NCBI GenBank assembly: GCA_018304385.1
Contig: JAGVWJ010000036.1
Coordinates: 1-12,524 of the forward strand
DNA: 12,524 nt
Source: Candidatus Micrarchaeota archaeon
Lineage (GTDB): Archaea; Micrarchaeota; Micrarchaeia; Anstonellales; Bilamarchaeaceae
Direction: 5' to 3'
The notes beneath the pieces were generated by a model. That model did not search any database and was not told the origin of the DNA. It was given only the letters and a program-made list of their open reading frames with translations. Both the position numbers and the translations under genes were made by a program. This document shows, one piece after another, positions 1 to 6,578 of this stretch (within the stretch, counting starts at the first letter, position 1; every line of letters begins with the position of its first letter).

Positions 1-152
1 CTGGCAAAGTTACGAACTCAATGTGAATTTGTTTTTGTAAGTAATTCTATTGCTTCCCCTGTTTCTGAGGTTAATATAATGGAGAAATTAAGAATTTAGC
101 CTTGCAACAAAGTTTGACTCATTACTCATGATACAAAGCTCAATGCAATAAC

Positions 153-160
153 TTTATATT
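153..160 (+). promoter_or_regulatory. Candidate archaeal TATA box (TTTATATT) for the rpe-tkt operon
   Basis: Best TTTAWA-type match upstream of rpe. It would give a leader of about 65-70 nt that contains the 214-234 hairpin. The region is very AT-rich, so a chance match is possible. Confidence 0.3.
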
Positions 161-213
161 TCTAATCCATTTTATTCTATTTAACTTATTCTAATTAAAC
201 TCACGGTTTTGGT

Positions 214-234
214 GAAGCTTTTCCTAAAAGCTTC
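214..234. repeat. Perfect inverted repeat GAAGCTTTT-CCT-AAAAGCTTC (9-bp stem, 3-nt loop)
   Basis: Read directly: 214-222 pairs with 226-234. It is preceded by TTTTGGT and followed immediately by the purine tract GAGAGGGGAGG. Confidence 0.85.
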
Positions 235-245
235 GAGAGGGGAGG
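235..245 (+). promoter_or_regulatory. Shine-Dalgarno-like purine tract (GAGAGGGGAGG) for rpe
   Basis: GGAGG at 241-245 within an 11-nt purine run just before the ATG at 249. Confidence 0.6.
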
Positions 246-248
246 CAA

Positions 249-932
249 ATGCAGATAAATGAGAGCAGACGTTACGCTAATTCTAAAACTATTGAACTAA
301 TTGCTGCCATTTTAGTTAAAACAAAGGATGAATTGATAAAGCAGATTGAAGCTGTAAAACCTTATCTAAAAACTGTTCAGATAGATATAATGGATAATGA
401 TTTTGTTCCAAACAAAACTATCGGTTTGGAAGAACTAAAAGATTTGCCTAATGGAATTAATTACGAATTTCATTGGATGGTTCAGCATCCGGAAAATTGG
501 ATTAATAGGGTAAGGATAAAAAATGCGCTGCATCTTGTGCACGTTGAATCAAAAATGGATTTTCAAAAAATTAAAAAAACAATTGCAGCTGTTGGTGGAA
601 AACTAGGAATTGCATTTAATCCAAATACACCAATCGAAAAAGTGCTCGAGTACGAGAAGGAAACTAATTATTTTTTAGCAATGACTGTGCATCCTGGCTT
701 CTCCGGACAAAAATATATTTCTGAGGTTGAGGAAAAAATAAAGATTTTGCGAGAGCGAAATTCTAAATATGATATTGAAGTCGATGGTGGCATAAACACA
801 GAAACAATTAAACTGGCAATATCTGCAGGTGCAAATAAGATTGTTGCAGCTAGTGCGATATTTAGTGTTGAGGATATTGCAAAATCAATTAAGGCATTAA
901 AGAACGCGATTAAAGAGGCAAAATATGCATAA
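249..932 (+). CDS. rpe: Ribulose-phosphate 3-epimerase family protein (Rpe)
   Basis: Motifs QIDIMDNDFVPN (canonical HxDVMDxxFVPN), FHWMV, HVE, AMTVHPGFSGQ, IEVDGGIN and GANKIVAASAIF. It lies directly upstream of transketolase genes. Confidence 0.92.
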   Translation: MQINESRRYANSKTIELIAAILVKTKDELIKQIEAVKPYLKTVQIDIMDNDFVPNKTIGLEELKDLPNGINYEFHWMVQHPENWINRVRIKNALHLVHVESKMDFQKIKKTIAAVGGKLGIAFNPNTPIEKVLEYEKETNYFLAMTVHPGFSGQKYISEVEEKIKILRERNSKYDIEVDGGINTETIKLAISAGANKIVAASAIFSVEDIAKSIKALKNAIKEAKYA

Positions 933-1776
933 AAAAATAACGAATATAAAACAGCTTAAGCTGATTGCGAATACGATAAGACAGGATGTAATTCGCATGC
1001 TACTTGAGGCAAAGAGTGGGCACAGCGCTGGCAGCATAGGTTTGGCAGATATTTTTTCTGCGCTTTATTTTAATGTATTATATCATGATCCGAAAAACCC
1101 AAGCTGGCCAGATAGAGACAGATTACTTTTATCAAATGGACATGTTGCACCTGTACTTTACGCAGCAATGGCAAATGCAGACTATTTCCCAAAAGAAGAA
1201 TTAATGACACTGCGAAAGCTAGGCTCACGATTACAAGGTCATCCACATCCTGGTTCGCTACCTGGAATAGAAAATTCTGGTGGACCACTAGGCCAAGGAT
1301 TAAGCCAAGCAGTTGGTATGGCGATCGTAGCAAAGGCAGAACGCAAGCGCTGGCGCGTTTATTGCGCAATGAGCGATGGAGAGCATGATGAAGGCCAAAC
1401 ATGGGAAGCTATCATGCTCGCAAATAAGTATAAATTAAACAATTTGACCGCGATAATAGATCGTAATAGCATTCAGATGGATGGTATGACCGAAGATATA
1501 TTACCATTAGAACCATTTGCTGAAAAATACCGTGCATTTGGCTGGCGCGTAATTGAAGTAGATGGCCATAATATTGCGAAATTTATTGAGGCATGCGAAG
1601 AAGCAAAGGCAGTTTATGAAAGACCAACAGTTATTATTGCGCATACTATTCCAGGCAAGGGAATTCCTTATATGGAATATTTAAGCGAATGGCACGGCAA
1701 AACACCGAGCAAAGAGCAAGCTGATGAAGCAATTACGCTTTTGGAAGAAGAACGAAAAAGAATAGAGGAAGAGTAG
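925..1776 (+). CDS. tkt: Transketolase, N-terminal (TPP pyrophosphate-binding) subunit
   Basis: Motifs GHSAGS, DRLLLSNGHVAPVLYA, LQGHP, GPLGQG, SDGEHDEGQTWE...DRN (GDG-x-N TPP motif) and HTIPGKG. It overlaps the rpe stop by 8 bp and has GAGG upstream. Confidence 0.95.
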   Translation: MHKKITNIKQLKLIANTIRQDVIRMLLEAKSGHSAGSIGLADIFSALYFNVLYHDPKNPSWPDRDRLLLSNGHVAPVLYAAMANADYFPKEELMTLRKLGSRLQGHPHPGSLPGIENSGGPLGQGLSQAVGMAIVAKAERKRWRVYCAMSDGEHDEGQTWEAIMLANKYKLNNLTAIIDRNSIQMDGMTEDILPLEPFAEKYRAFGWRVIEVDGHNIAKFIEACEEAKAVYERPTVIIAHTIPGKGIPYMEYLSEWHGKTPSKEQADEAITLLEEERKRIEEE

Positions 1777-1777
1777 A

Positions 1778-2767
1778 ATGCTAAAAACAAAAGAAATGTA
1801 TCTTATAGAAGATTTACTCACATCAAAAAATGCAGTATCGCTTAGAGATGGTTTTGGAAAAGGATTATTAGAAGTTGGGCAAGAAAATCATAATGTTTGG
1901 GTTGTAACTGCAGATGTTCAAGAAAGTACGCGCGTTAATTGGTTTGCTGAAAAGTTTCCGCAGCGCTTTGTACAAATAGGCATAGCAGAGCAGAATATGG
2001 CAGGTGTTGCTGCAGGCATTGCGCTTTGCGGAAAGATTGCATTTATGTCTGCATTTGCTGCATTTTCTCCTGGCCGCAATTGGGATCAGATAAGAGTTTC
2101 AATTTGTTATACAAATGCGAATGTAAAGATTCATGCATCGCACAATGGAATAAGCGTTGGACAGGATGGCGCAACGCACCAGGCATTAGAAGATATTGCG
2201 ATGCTGCGTGCGCTCCCAAATATGATAATTATTGTGCCATGTGATGTTGAAGAGGCAAGAAAAGCAGTTAAGGCTATAACTAATAGATTCGGACCGGCAT
2301 ACATTCGCACCTCACGAGAAAAAGTAATTACATTTACTACGGAAAAAACACCATTTGAGATAGGAAAAGCGAATGTTTATCGTGAAGGAAAAGATGCTGC
2401 AATATTTGCTTGTGGATTAGAAGTTTACGAAAGCTTAAAGGCTGCTGAACAGCTCTCAAAGGAAGGCATAGAATGCGCAGTAATTGATTGCCATACGATT
2501 AAACCAATAGATCACGATTGTATATTAGAATGGGCAAAGAAAACTAAATTGCTTATTAGTGTTGAGGAACACCAGATTTATGGTGGATTGGGTGGCGCAA
2601 TAGCTGAAGTGCTTAGTGAAGAGCAAACTGGTGCGATATTAAAGCGGCATGGAATTCACGATACGTTTTGCGAGAGCGGAGATGCAAAAGATTTGATGAG
2701 AAAATATAAACTGGATGCGAATGGGATTGTAGAATTTGTGAAGGAAGCTTTGAAGTCAATCCCGTAA
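1778..2767 (+). CDS. tkt: Transketolase, C-terminal (pyrimidine-binding and C-terminal domain) subunit
   Basis: Motifs TADVQES, GIAEQNMAG, GQDGATHQALED, GPAYIR, IKPID and VEEH...GGLG. It starts 1 nt after the N-subunit stop. Confidence 0.95.
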   Translation: MLKTKEMYLIEDLLTSKNAVSLRDGFGKGLLEVGQENHNVWVVTADVQESTRVNWFAEKFPQRFVQIGIAEQNMAGVAAGIALCGKIAFMSAFAAFSPGRNWDQIRVSICYTNANVKIHASHNGISVGQDGATHQALEDIAMLRALPNMIIIVPCDVEEARKAVKAITNRFGPAYIRTSREKVITFTTEKTPFEIGKANVYREGKDAAIFACGLEVYESLKAAEQLSKEGIECAVIDCHTIKPIDHDCILEWAKKTKLLISVEEHQIYGGLGGAIAEVLSEEQTGAILKRHGIHDTFCESGDAKDLMRKYKLDANGIVEFVKEALKSIP

Positions 2768-2779
2768 TTGTTTTAGTAA

Positions 2780-3766
2780 TTAGGAGAATAAGCTAGGATA
2801 ACTAGAGCTAACAAATTTTGTACTAGGATCTATATTAGTTGGTTGTGTTTCTAATTTCTCAATCTCCTTAAGACCAGGTATAAGTTCGGCCATTAACCTT
2901 ACTACGTCAGCTACATTCTTTAGGTTAGCATGGAGCTCTTCCAGGTTTTTTTTATCTCCTACAATTAATACCTCCCATAACATACCGTCCCTACCAAAGT
3001 CATCTTTTCTATTTGTTGGTAAGGTTAAGGCAAGCACTGCTTTATCAGGATCTTCTACTGATTTAGTAACGACTCTTGTTTTAACTCCAAGACCTAAAAA
3101 GCCGCCCTCTTTAATTTCTTCTGGTACCTGCCTAAAATAAGAAAATAATACTACACCTATAACTCTCTGAAATTTTCTTCTCATATAATCAGATACTGCA
3201 GACAGGGGTTTATTGTCACTGGCGCCATATTGAAGAACGTCCTGATAACCAGTATTACCACGTTTGAATTCATCGGCTACTCTAAAAATGGGCTGGCTAC
3301 TTATTTTGTCTGAAATGGCATTTCTCTCTTCATCAAAGCTAATACGAGTATGCACATTTATAAATGATATTTTGCCTGCCCGTACTAACTCGAAAATCCG
3401 AGATGTTGTGTTTTCTATAGCAGTAGTTGGAGACGTCGCATCCTTAAATTTACCTAATCTTGGAGAAGTAACTTCCTGCGGCCTGCCCTGCGCCACACTG
3501 TGCTTTAATGAACTCATGGTAAGGATCATTTTTTCTGCTTCTTTAAGAAGTTTTTTTGATCCTTTTTTCTTAATTTTTTTATAAACATTGCCAAGAACTA
3601 ATAATGCCCCATACTTTTCTTTTGTTGCTTTAATAGCCTCGGGAAATTCTTTCTCATCTAGCCTATGAAAAAAACTAATAAGGTTATTAAAGGCACCGGG
3701 ATCAGAGTCCTTTAAATCTTCTAGAGATAATTCTTTTAAAAAACCTAACTTTGGCATTCTTGACAT
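2780..3766 (-). CDS. Hypothetical soluble protein, 328 aa (helical N-domain, S/T/P-rich linker, alpha/beta C-domain with a GGFLGLG loop)
   Basis: Long ORF with natural composition that fills the gap between tkt and the next gene. A TATA-like box lies 21 nt upstream. There is no TM segment and no recognisable family motif. Confidence 0.8.
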   Translation of the reverse strand: MSRMPKLGFLKELSLEDLKDSDPGAFNNLISFFHRLDEKEFPEAIKATKEKYGALLVLGNVYKKIKKKGSKKLLKEAEKMILTMSSLKHSVAQGRPQEVTSPRLGKFKDATSPTTAIENTTSRIFELVRAGKISFINVHTRISFDEERNAISDKISSQPIFRVADEFKRGNTGYQDVLQYGASDNKPLSAVSDYMRRKFQRVIGVVLFSYFRQVPEEIKEGGFLGLGVKTRVVTKSVEDPDKAVLALTLPTNRKDDFGRDGMLWEVLIVGDKKNLEELHANLKNVADVVRLMAELIPGLKEIEKLETQPTNIDPSTKFVSSSYPSLFS

Positions 3767-3787
3767 AGAAAATTATTTATACAATAG

Positions 3788-3795
3788 ATTTAAAT
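3788..3795. promoter_or_regulatory. Palindromic TATA-like box ATTTAAAT between divergent genes
   Basis: Central in the 3767-3813 spacer. It is 21 nt from the minus-strand ATG (3766) and 18 or 24 nt from the plus-strand ATGs (3814, 3820). Confidence 0.5.
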
Positions 3796-3813
3796 TAATA
3801 AGGTTTTAAGTTG

Positions 3814-4191
3814 ATGAACATGGTCCAAGCTTTAGTTACTTTATGTCAGAGTGCCAAACCTATATTGGGCATTCTAATAATGATACTACTTTTAATTGGA
3901 ATAATTTGGCTCTTAATAGATTGGGTTATAAATAGAAATAGAAAACAAACCAAGAAACCCATTTGGCCAAAGATAATTATAGGATCAGCCCTGGTTTTGG
4001 CTTTATTGTATATATCTCTTCCAAGTATATTAAATCTTTTAATAGGTGAACCAATAAACTCAACAGTATTCTGCGGTGAATCAGATGTGCTTCCTTATTG
4101 CGGAAAAGAGTACTGTACCGACCGTACTTTAAATAAAACTGGGGCACTACAGTTAAGTACTGGAACTAGCTGTACGTGTATGCAATATTAA
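3814..4191 (+). CDS. Small 2-TM membrane protein with Cys-rich C-terminal tail; VirB2/TrbC pilin-like helical hairpin (tentative)
   Basis: Two hydrophobic segments (ILGILIMILLLIGIIWLLI; IIIGSALVLALLYISLPSILNLLIG) are separated by the basic loop NRNRKQTKK. There are 6 Cys and two N-x-S/T sequons. The start is ambiguous (TTG 3811, ATG 3814 or ATG 3820). The ORF itself is well supported, while the pilin call is lower (~0.4). Confidence 0.75.
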   Translation: MNMVQALVTLCQSAKPILGILIMILLLIGIIWLLIDWVINRNRKQTKKPIWPKIIIGSALVLALLYISLPSILNLLIGEPINSTVFCGESDVLPYCGKEYCTDRTLNKTGALQLSTGTSCTCMQY

Positions 4192-4241
4192 AACAGCAAT
4201 CAATATGATAAAGGCGGCTTCGAGAAAGTATGGAATTCTGA

Positions 4242-4700
4242 TTATTTCTTGCCTTTTTTAGCTGATAAAAGATCTTTCTCATACTCATGAATAACCTTAT
4301 CAAGCTTAGCAGATTCTTCCATTAATGCTTTTCCTACTTTCTCTAAATCATCTGGATTCATTTTTTGAGGGTCAAAAGGCATTGAGCTTGTTGTGCTTCC
4401 CCCTTTCATAGCCTGTTTCATAGACCCCACAGTCATCATTAAGCTCATAACTGCACTCATTACTTGTTTTGCTACTGCTTCTGGGAGAACACCAATTAAA
4501 CTTTCTGGGCCCTCTTTTTTAGCTTTTGCAAGATTTTCAAGCAGACCTTTAAATTCCTGCGGTCTTTTTCTCTGTAACTTTGCAAGATCCAACACTGTCT
4601 CAGCAAGGTCCTCAGTTATATTTACTATATTATTCAAAATCACAACCGAAACTGGTTCAGCTTCTTCTAAAATTTCTTCTTCACTTCTTTTTCTTGCCAT
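4242..4700 (-). CDS. Hypothetical all-helical protein, 152 aa; paralog A of a tandem pair
   Basis: An AGGTGA SD lies 4 nt upstream. It is clearly similar to the upstream ORF (LNNIxNIxED, QxKRPxE, LPxxxAKQVMS). Confidence 0.85.
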   Translation of the reverse strand: MARKRSEEEILEEAEPVSVVILNNIVNITEDLAETVLDLAKLQRKRPQEFKGLLENLAKAKKEGPESLIGVLPEAVAKQVMSAVMSLMMTVGSMKQAMKGGSTTSSMPFDPQKMNPDDLEKVGKALMEESAKLDKVIHEYEKDLLSAKKGKK

Positions 4701-4704
4701 AATA

Positions 4705-4710
4705 TCACCT
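4705..4710 (-). promoter_or_regulatory. Archaeal-type SD (AGGTGA) overlapping the upstream TAA stop
   Basis: The minus strand reads TAAGGTGATATTATG, coupling the paralog B stop to the paralog A start. Confidence 0.7.
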
Positions 4711-5135
4711 TAATCCCAATTAACCTTTACTATTTTTTTATCTTTTTTATTTGTTTTAATATTCTTTTTATAATTTTTAATTAATTTACGAATGTTTTTA
4801 ATCTCTTTCTTTAAAGCATTTGCAATTTTATTTAATTCTTCTGAAGTCAGCTGTTCTGGGTTTGCACTTTTCTGCTTGACATAAGCAAACTCAGCGATTA
4901 TGCCAAAGAAAGATGACATTACCTGTTTTGCGATTTCATCAGGAAGCATTTTAAGTATATTACTTTGATTTTTGGATTTTAAAGCCTGGATAAATTCTGA
5001 ATATTCAAATGGTCTTTTTGTTTGTATTTCGGTGATCTCAAATAGAGAGTTACTTATATCTTCTATTATGTTAAGAATATTATTCAAAAATACGATTGAT
5101 ATGGGTGTCGTATCCTCAAGCTTTTTCTTTTTCAT
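4710..5135 (-). CDS. Hypothetical all-helical basic protein, 141 aa; paralog B of a tandem pair (start revised from 5249 to 5135)
   Basis: Homology to paralog A begins right after the ATG at 5135 (MKKKKLEDTTPISIVFLNN), and a TATA-like box lies 21 nt upstream. The 38-codon extension in the track runs through a hairpin element and overlaps the glmM stop. Confidence 0.82.
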   Translation of the reverse strand: MKKKKLEDTTPISIVFLNNILNIIEDISNSLFEITEIQTKRPFEYSEFIQALKSKNQSNILKMLPDEIAKQVMSSFFGIIAEFAYVKQKSANPEQLTSEELNKIANALKKEIKNIRKLIKNYKKNIKTNKKDKKIVKVNWD

Positions 5136-5156
5136 AATAATTGGATAGATGACAAT

Positions 5157-5164
5157 GTTTATAA
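5157..5164 (-). promoter_or_regulatory. Candidate TATA box TTATAAAC for a leaderless paralog-pair transcript
   Basis: 21 nt lie between the box and the ATG at 5135, with no SD. The spacing matches that at 3788 and 12271. Confidence 0.55.
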
Positions 5165-5170
5165 TCTTAA

Positions 5171-5231
5171 TCAAGTGCCAGGGGGCAAACCCCCTAGCGC
5201 AACCCCCTTTTTGAATACTTGAAAAAAGTTG
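5171..5231 (-). other. GC-rich structured intergenic element (stem-loop; REP-like repeat or terminator/RNA-stability structure)
   Basis: The minus strand GCTAGGGGG-TTTG-CCCCCTGGC (5198-5177) forms a 9-bp stem with one G.U pair. Also present are a direct repeat AACCCCCT at 5188 and 5201 and a flanking TCAAGT/ACTTGA inverted repeat (5171-5176, 5217-5222). Confidence 0.6.
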
Positions 5232-5235
5232 GGAT

Positions 5236-6573
5236 TTAAAGTACCTCAAGTAATCGCTTAACTAATTCTATGTAATCATTTAAAAGATCTTTGGCACGCT
5301 TTGCACTTTTTGCTTCTGTAAATACTCTAACATAATTTTCAGTTCCGCTGGCGCGAACAATAACCCATCCATCATCAAAATTAATGCGGATTCCGTCAAT
5401 ATCGATAAAGGTTAATTTGTTTTTAACAGCATGTTCTCGCATTTTAGCTATTATTTTTGTTTTTTGCGTTTCGCTGGCTGCAATTTTTGTTTTTTCGTTA
5501 TAATATTTTGGAATATCTTCTAGCCATTTGCTTAGTTTTTTCTCGCTTAGCGCCTCAACAATTTTCGCAGCAGTTAAGAAACCATCCTTAGCTAGGCTTA
5601 CTTCTGGCCAGATTACTCCACCAACTTCTTCACCACCTATTACTGCTTTGCCCTTAGCCATTTCCTCGCTTAAGTATGGTGCTCCTATTTTCGTAAAAAC
5701 AACCTTTGAACTATACTTCTTTGCAACATCTTCAATTATTCGCGATGTCGCAACAGTAGTAACGACTTCACCAGACTTTTCTTTTAATTTTAATATTTCG
5801 CAGATTGCAAATACCTTGTCTCCAATAACAAACTCGCCTTTTTCATCAACAAAAATTACACGATCACCATCGCCATCCCATGCAATTCCACAATCATAAT
5901 TTCCGTATTTAACTGCATTAATTAGATCTTGAACATTTGCTTCAGTTGGTTCGCTTGGTCTTCCTGGAAAATTACCATCAATATGAGAATTAATAGTTGT
6001 TACCTCGCATCCTAGCTCGCGGAATAAATATGGTGCAATTGTTGCTGCCATACCGTTTGCGCAATCTAACAAGAGACGTTTTCCTTTTGTTTTGTTTTTA
6101 TCAATTTGATTTAGAATCGCCTCAATATGGTCATTAATTGAATTATTGTGTTTAGATATTGCGCCTTTTTTCATTTTTATTTTTGGGGGGCTATCTATCA
6201 TTCTTTCTATTTCTTCTCCACGCTCTTTTGATATAGAAATTTCATTTCTATCCATTATCTTAAGTCCATTGTATTCTGGCGGATTATGCGAAGCAGTTAT
6301 TACAATTAGGCCATCGGCTTTTAGCTTTTTTACCATAAATTCTGCTGTAGGTGTCGAAACCCCGCCTAAATCAAAAACAGTGCATTCTGCATCAAGTAAA
6401 CCAACAATAACTTTTTCTTTAAGTATTGGGCCGGTTAAGCGAGCATCAGTTGCAATTAGTATCTTTCCGCCTTTAAAATAAACCCCTGTTGCGTACGATG
6501 CCTTGTATGCTAACTCTGGTGTAAGAACATCAATTGTTCCGCGAATACCGTTTGTTCCGAAATATTTTGACAT
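5236..6573 (-). CDS. glmM: Alpha-D-phosphohexomutase (archaeal GlmM / phosphomannomutase-phosphoglucomutase family)
   Basis: Motifs FGTNGIRG, TASHNPPEYNG (catalytic phosphoserine), WDGDGDR (metal loop), GGEEVGG (sugar loop) and RASGTE (phosphate loop). I prefer ATG 6573 over GTG 6582. GlmM versus PMM/PGM specificity cannot be resolved from motifs alone. Confidence 0.88.
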   Translation of the reverse strand: MSKYFGTNGIRGTIDVLTPELAYKASYATGVYFKGGKILIATDARLTGPILKEKVIVGLLDAECTVFDLGGVSTPTAEFMVKKLKADGLIVITASHNPPEYNGLKIMDRNEISISKERGEEIERMIDSPPKIKMKKGAISKHNNSINDHIEAILNQIDKNKTKGKRLLLDCANGMAATIAPYLFRELGCEVTTINSHIDGNFPGRPSEPTEANVQDLINAVKYGNYDCGIAWDGDGDRVIFVDEKGEFVIGDKVFAICEILKLKEKSGEVVTTVATSRIIEDVAKKYSSKVVFTKIGAPYLSEEMAKGKAVIGGEEVGGVIWPEVSLAKDGFLTAAKIVEALSEKKLSKWLEDIPKYYNEKTKIAASETQKTKIIAKMREHAVKNKLTFIDIDGIRINFDDGWVIVRASGTENYVRVFTEAKSAKRAKDLLNDYIELVKRLLEVL

Positions 6574-6578
6574 AAAAA

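Noticed and set aside
1-99. Open + strand frame from the window edge (LAKLRTQCEF...MEKLRI*)
   Set aside because: Only 32 codons with no recognisable motif. It may be an upstream gene end but cannot be supported.
925-2767. Transketolase split into two genes as a possible frameshift or pseudogene
   Set aside because: Two-subunit transketolases are normal in archaea and many bacteria. Both halves are intact, each with its own start.
925-2767. Idea that transketolase supplies sedoheptulose-7-P for heptose-containing glycans of the nearby operon
   Set aside because: No GmhA or Hdd-type genes occur in the window, and the operons are separate and convergent. Proximity alone is insufficient.
2946-2953. 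T8 homopolymer (also T8 at 11034-11041) as phase-variation tracts
   Set aside because: Runs of this length are expected in an AT-rich genome with Lys codons, and the reading frames are intact.
4205-4261. 18-codon + strand ORF MIKAASRKYGILIISCLF resembling a signal-peptide remnant
   Set aside because: Too short and has no SD. Part of its hydrophobic end is the antisense reading of the Lys-rich tail of paralog A.
5136-5249. 38-aa N-terminal extension of the 179-aa ORF in the track
   Set aside because: It has no counterpart in paralog A, crosses the TATA box and hairpin element, and overlaps the glmM stop.
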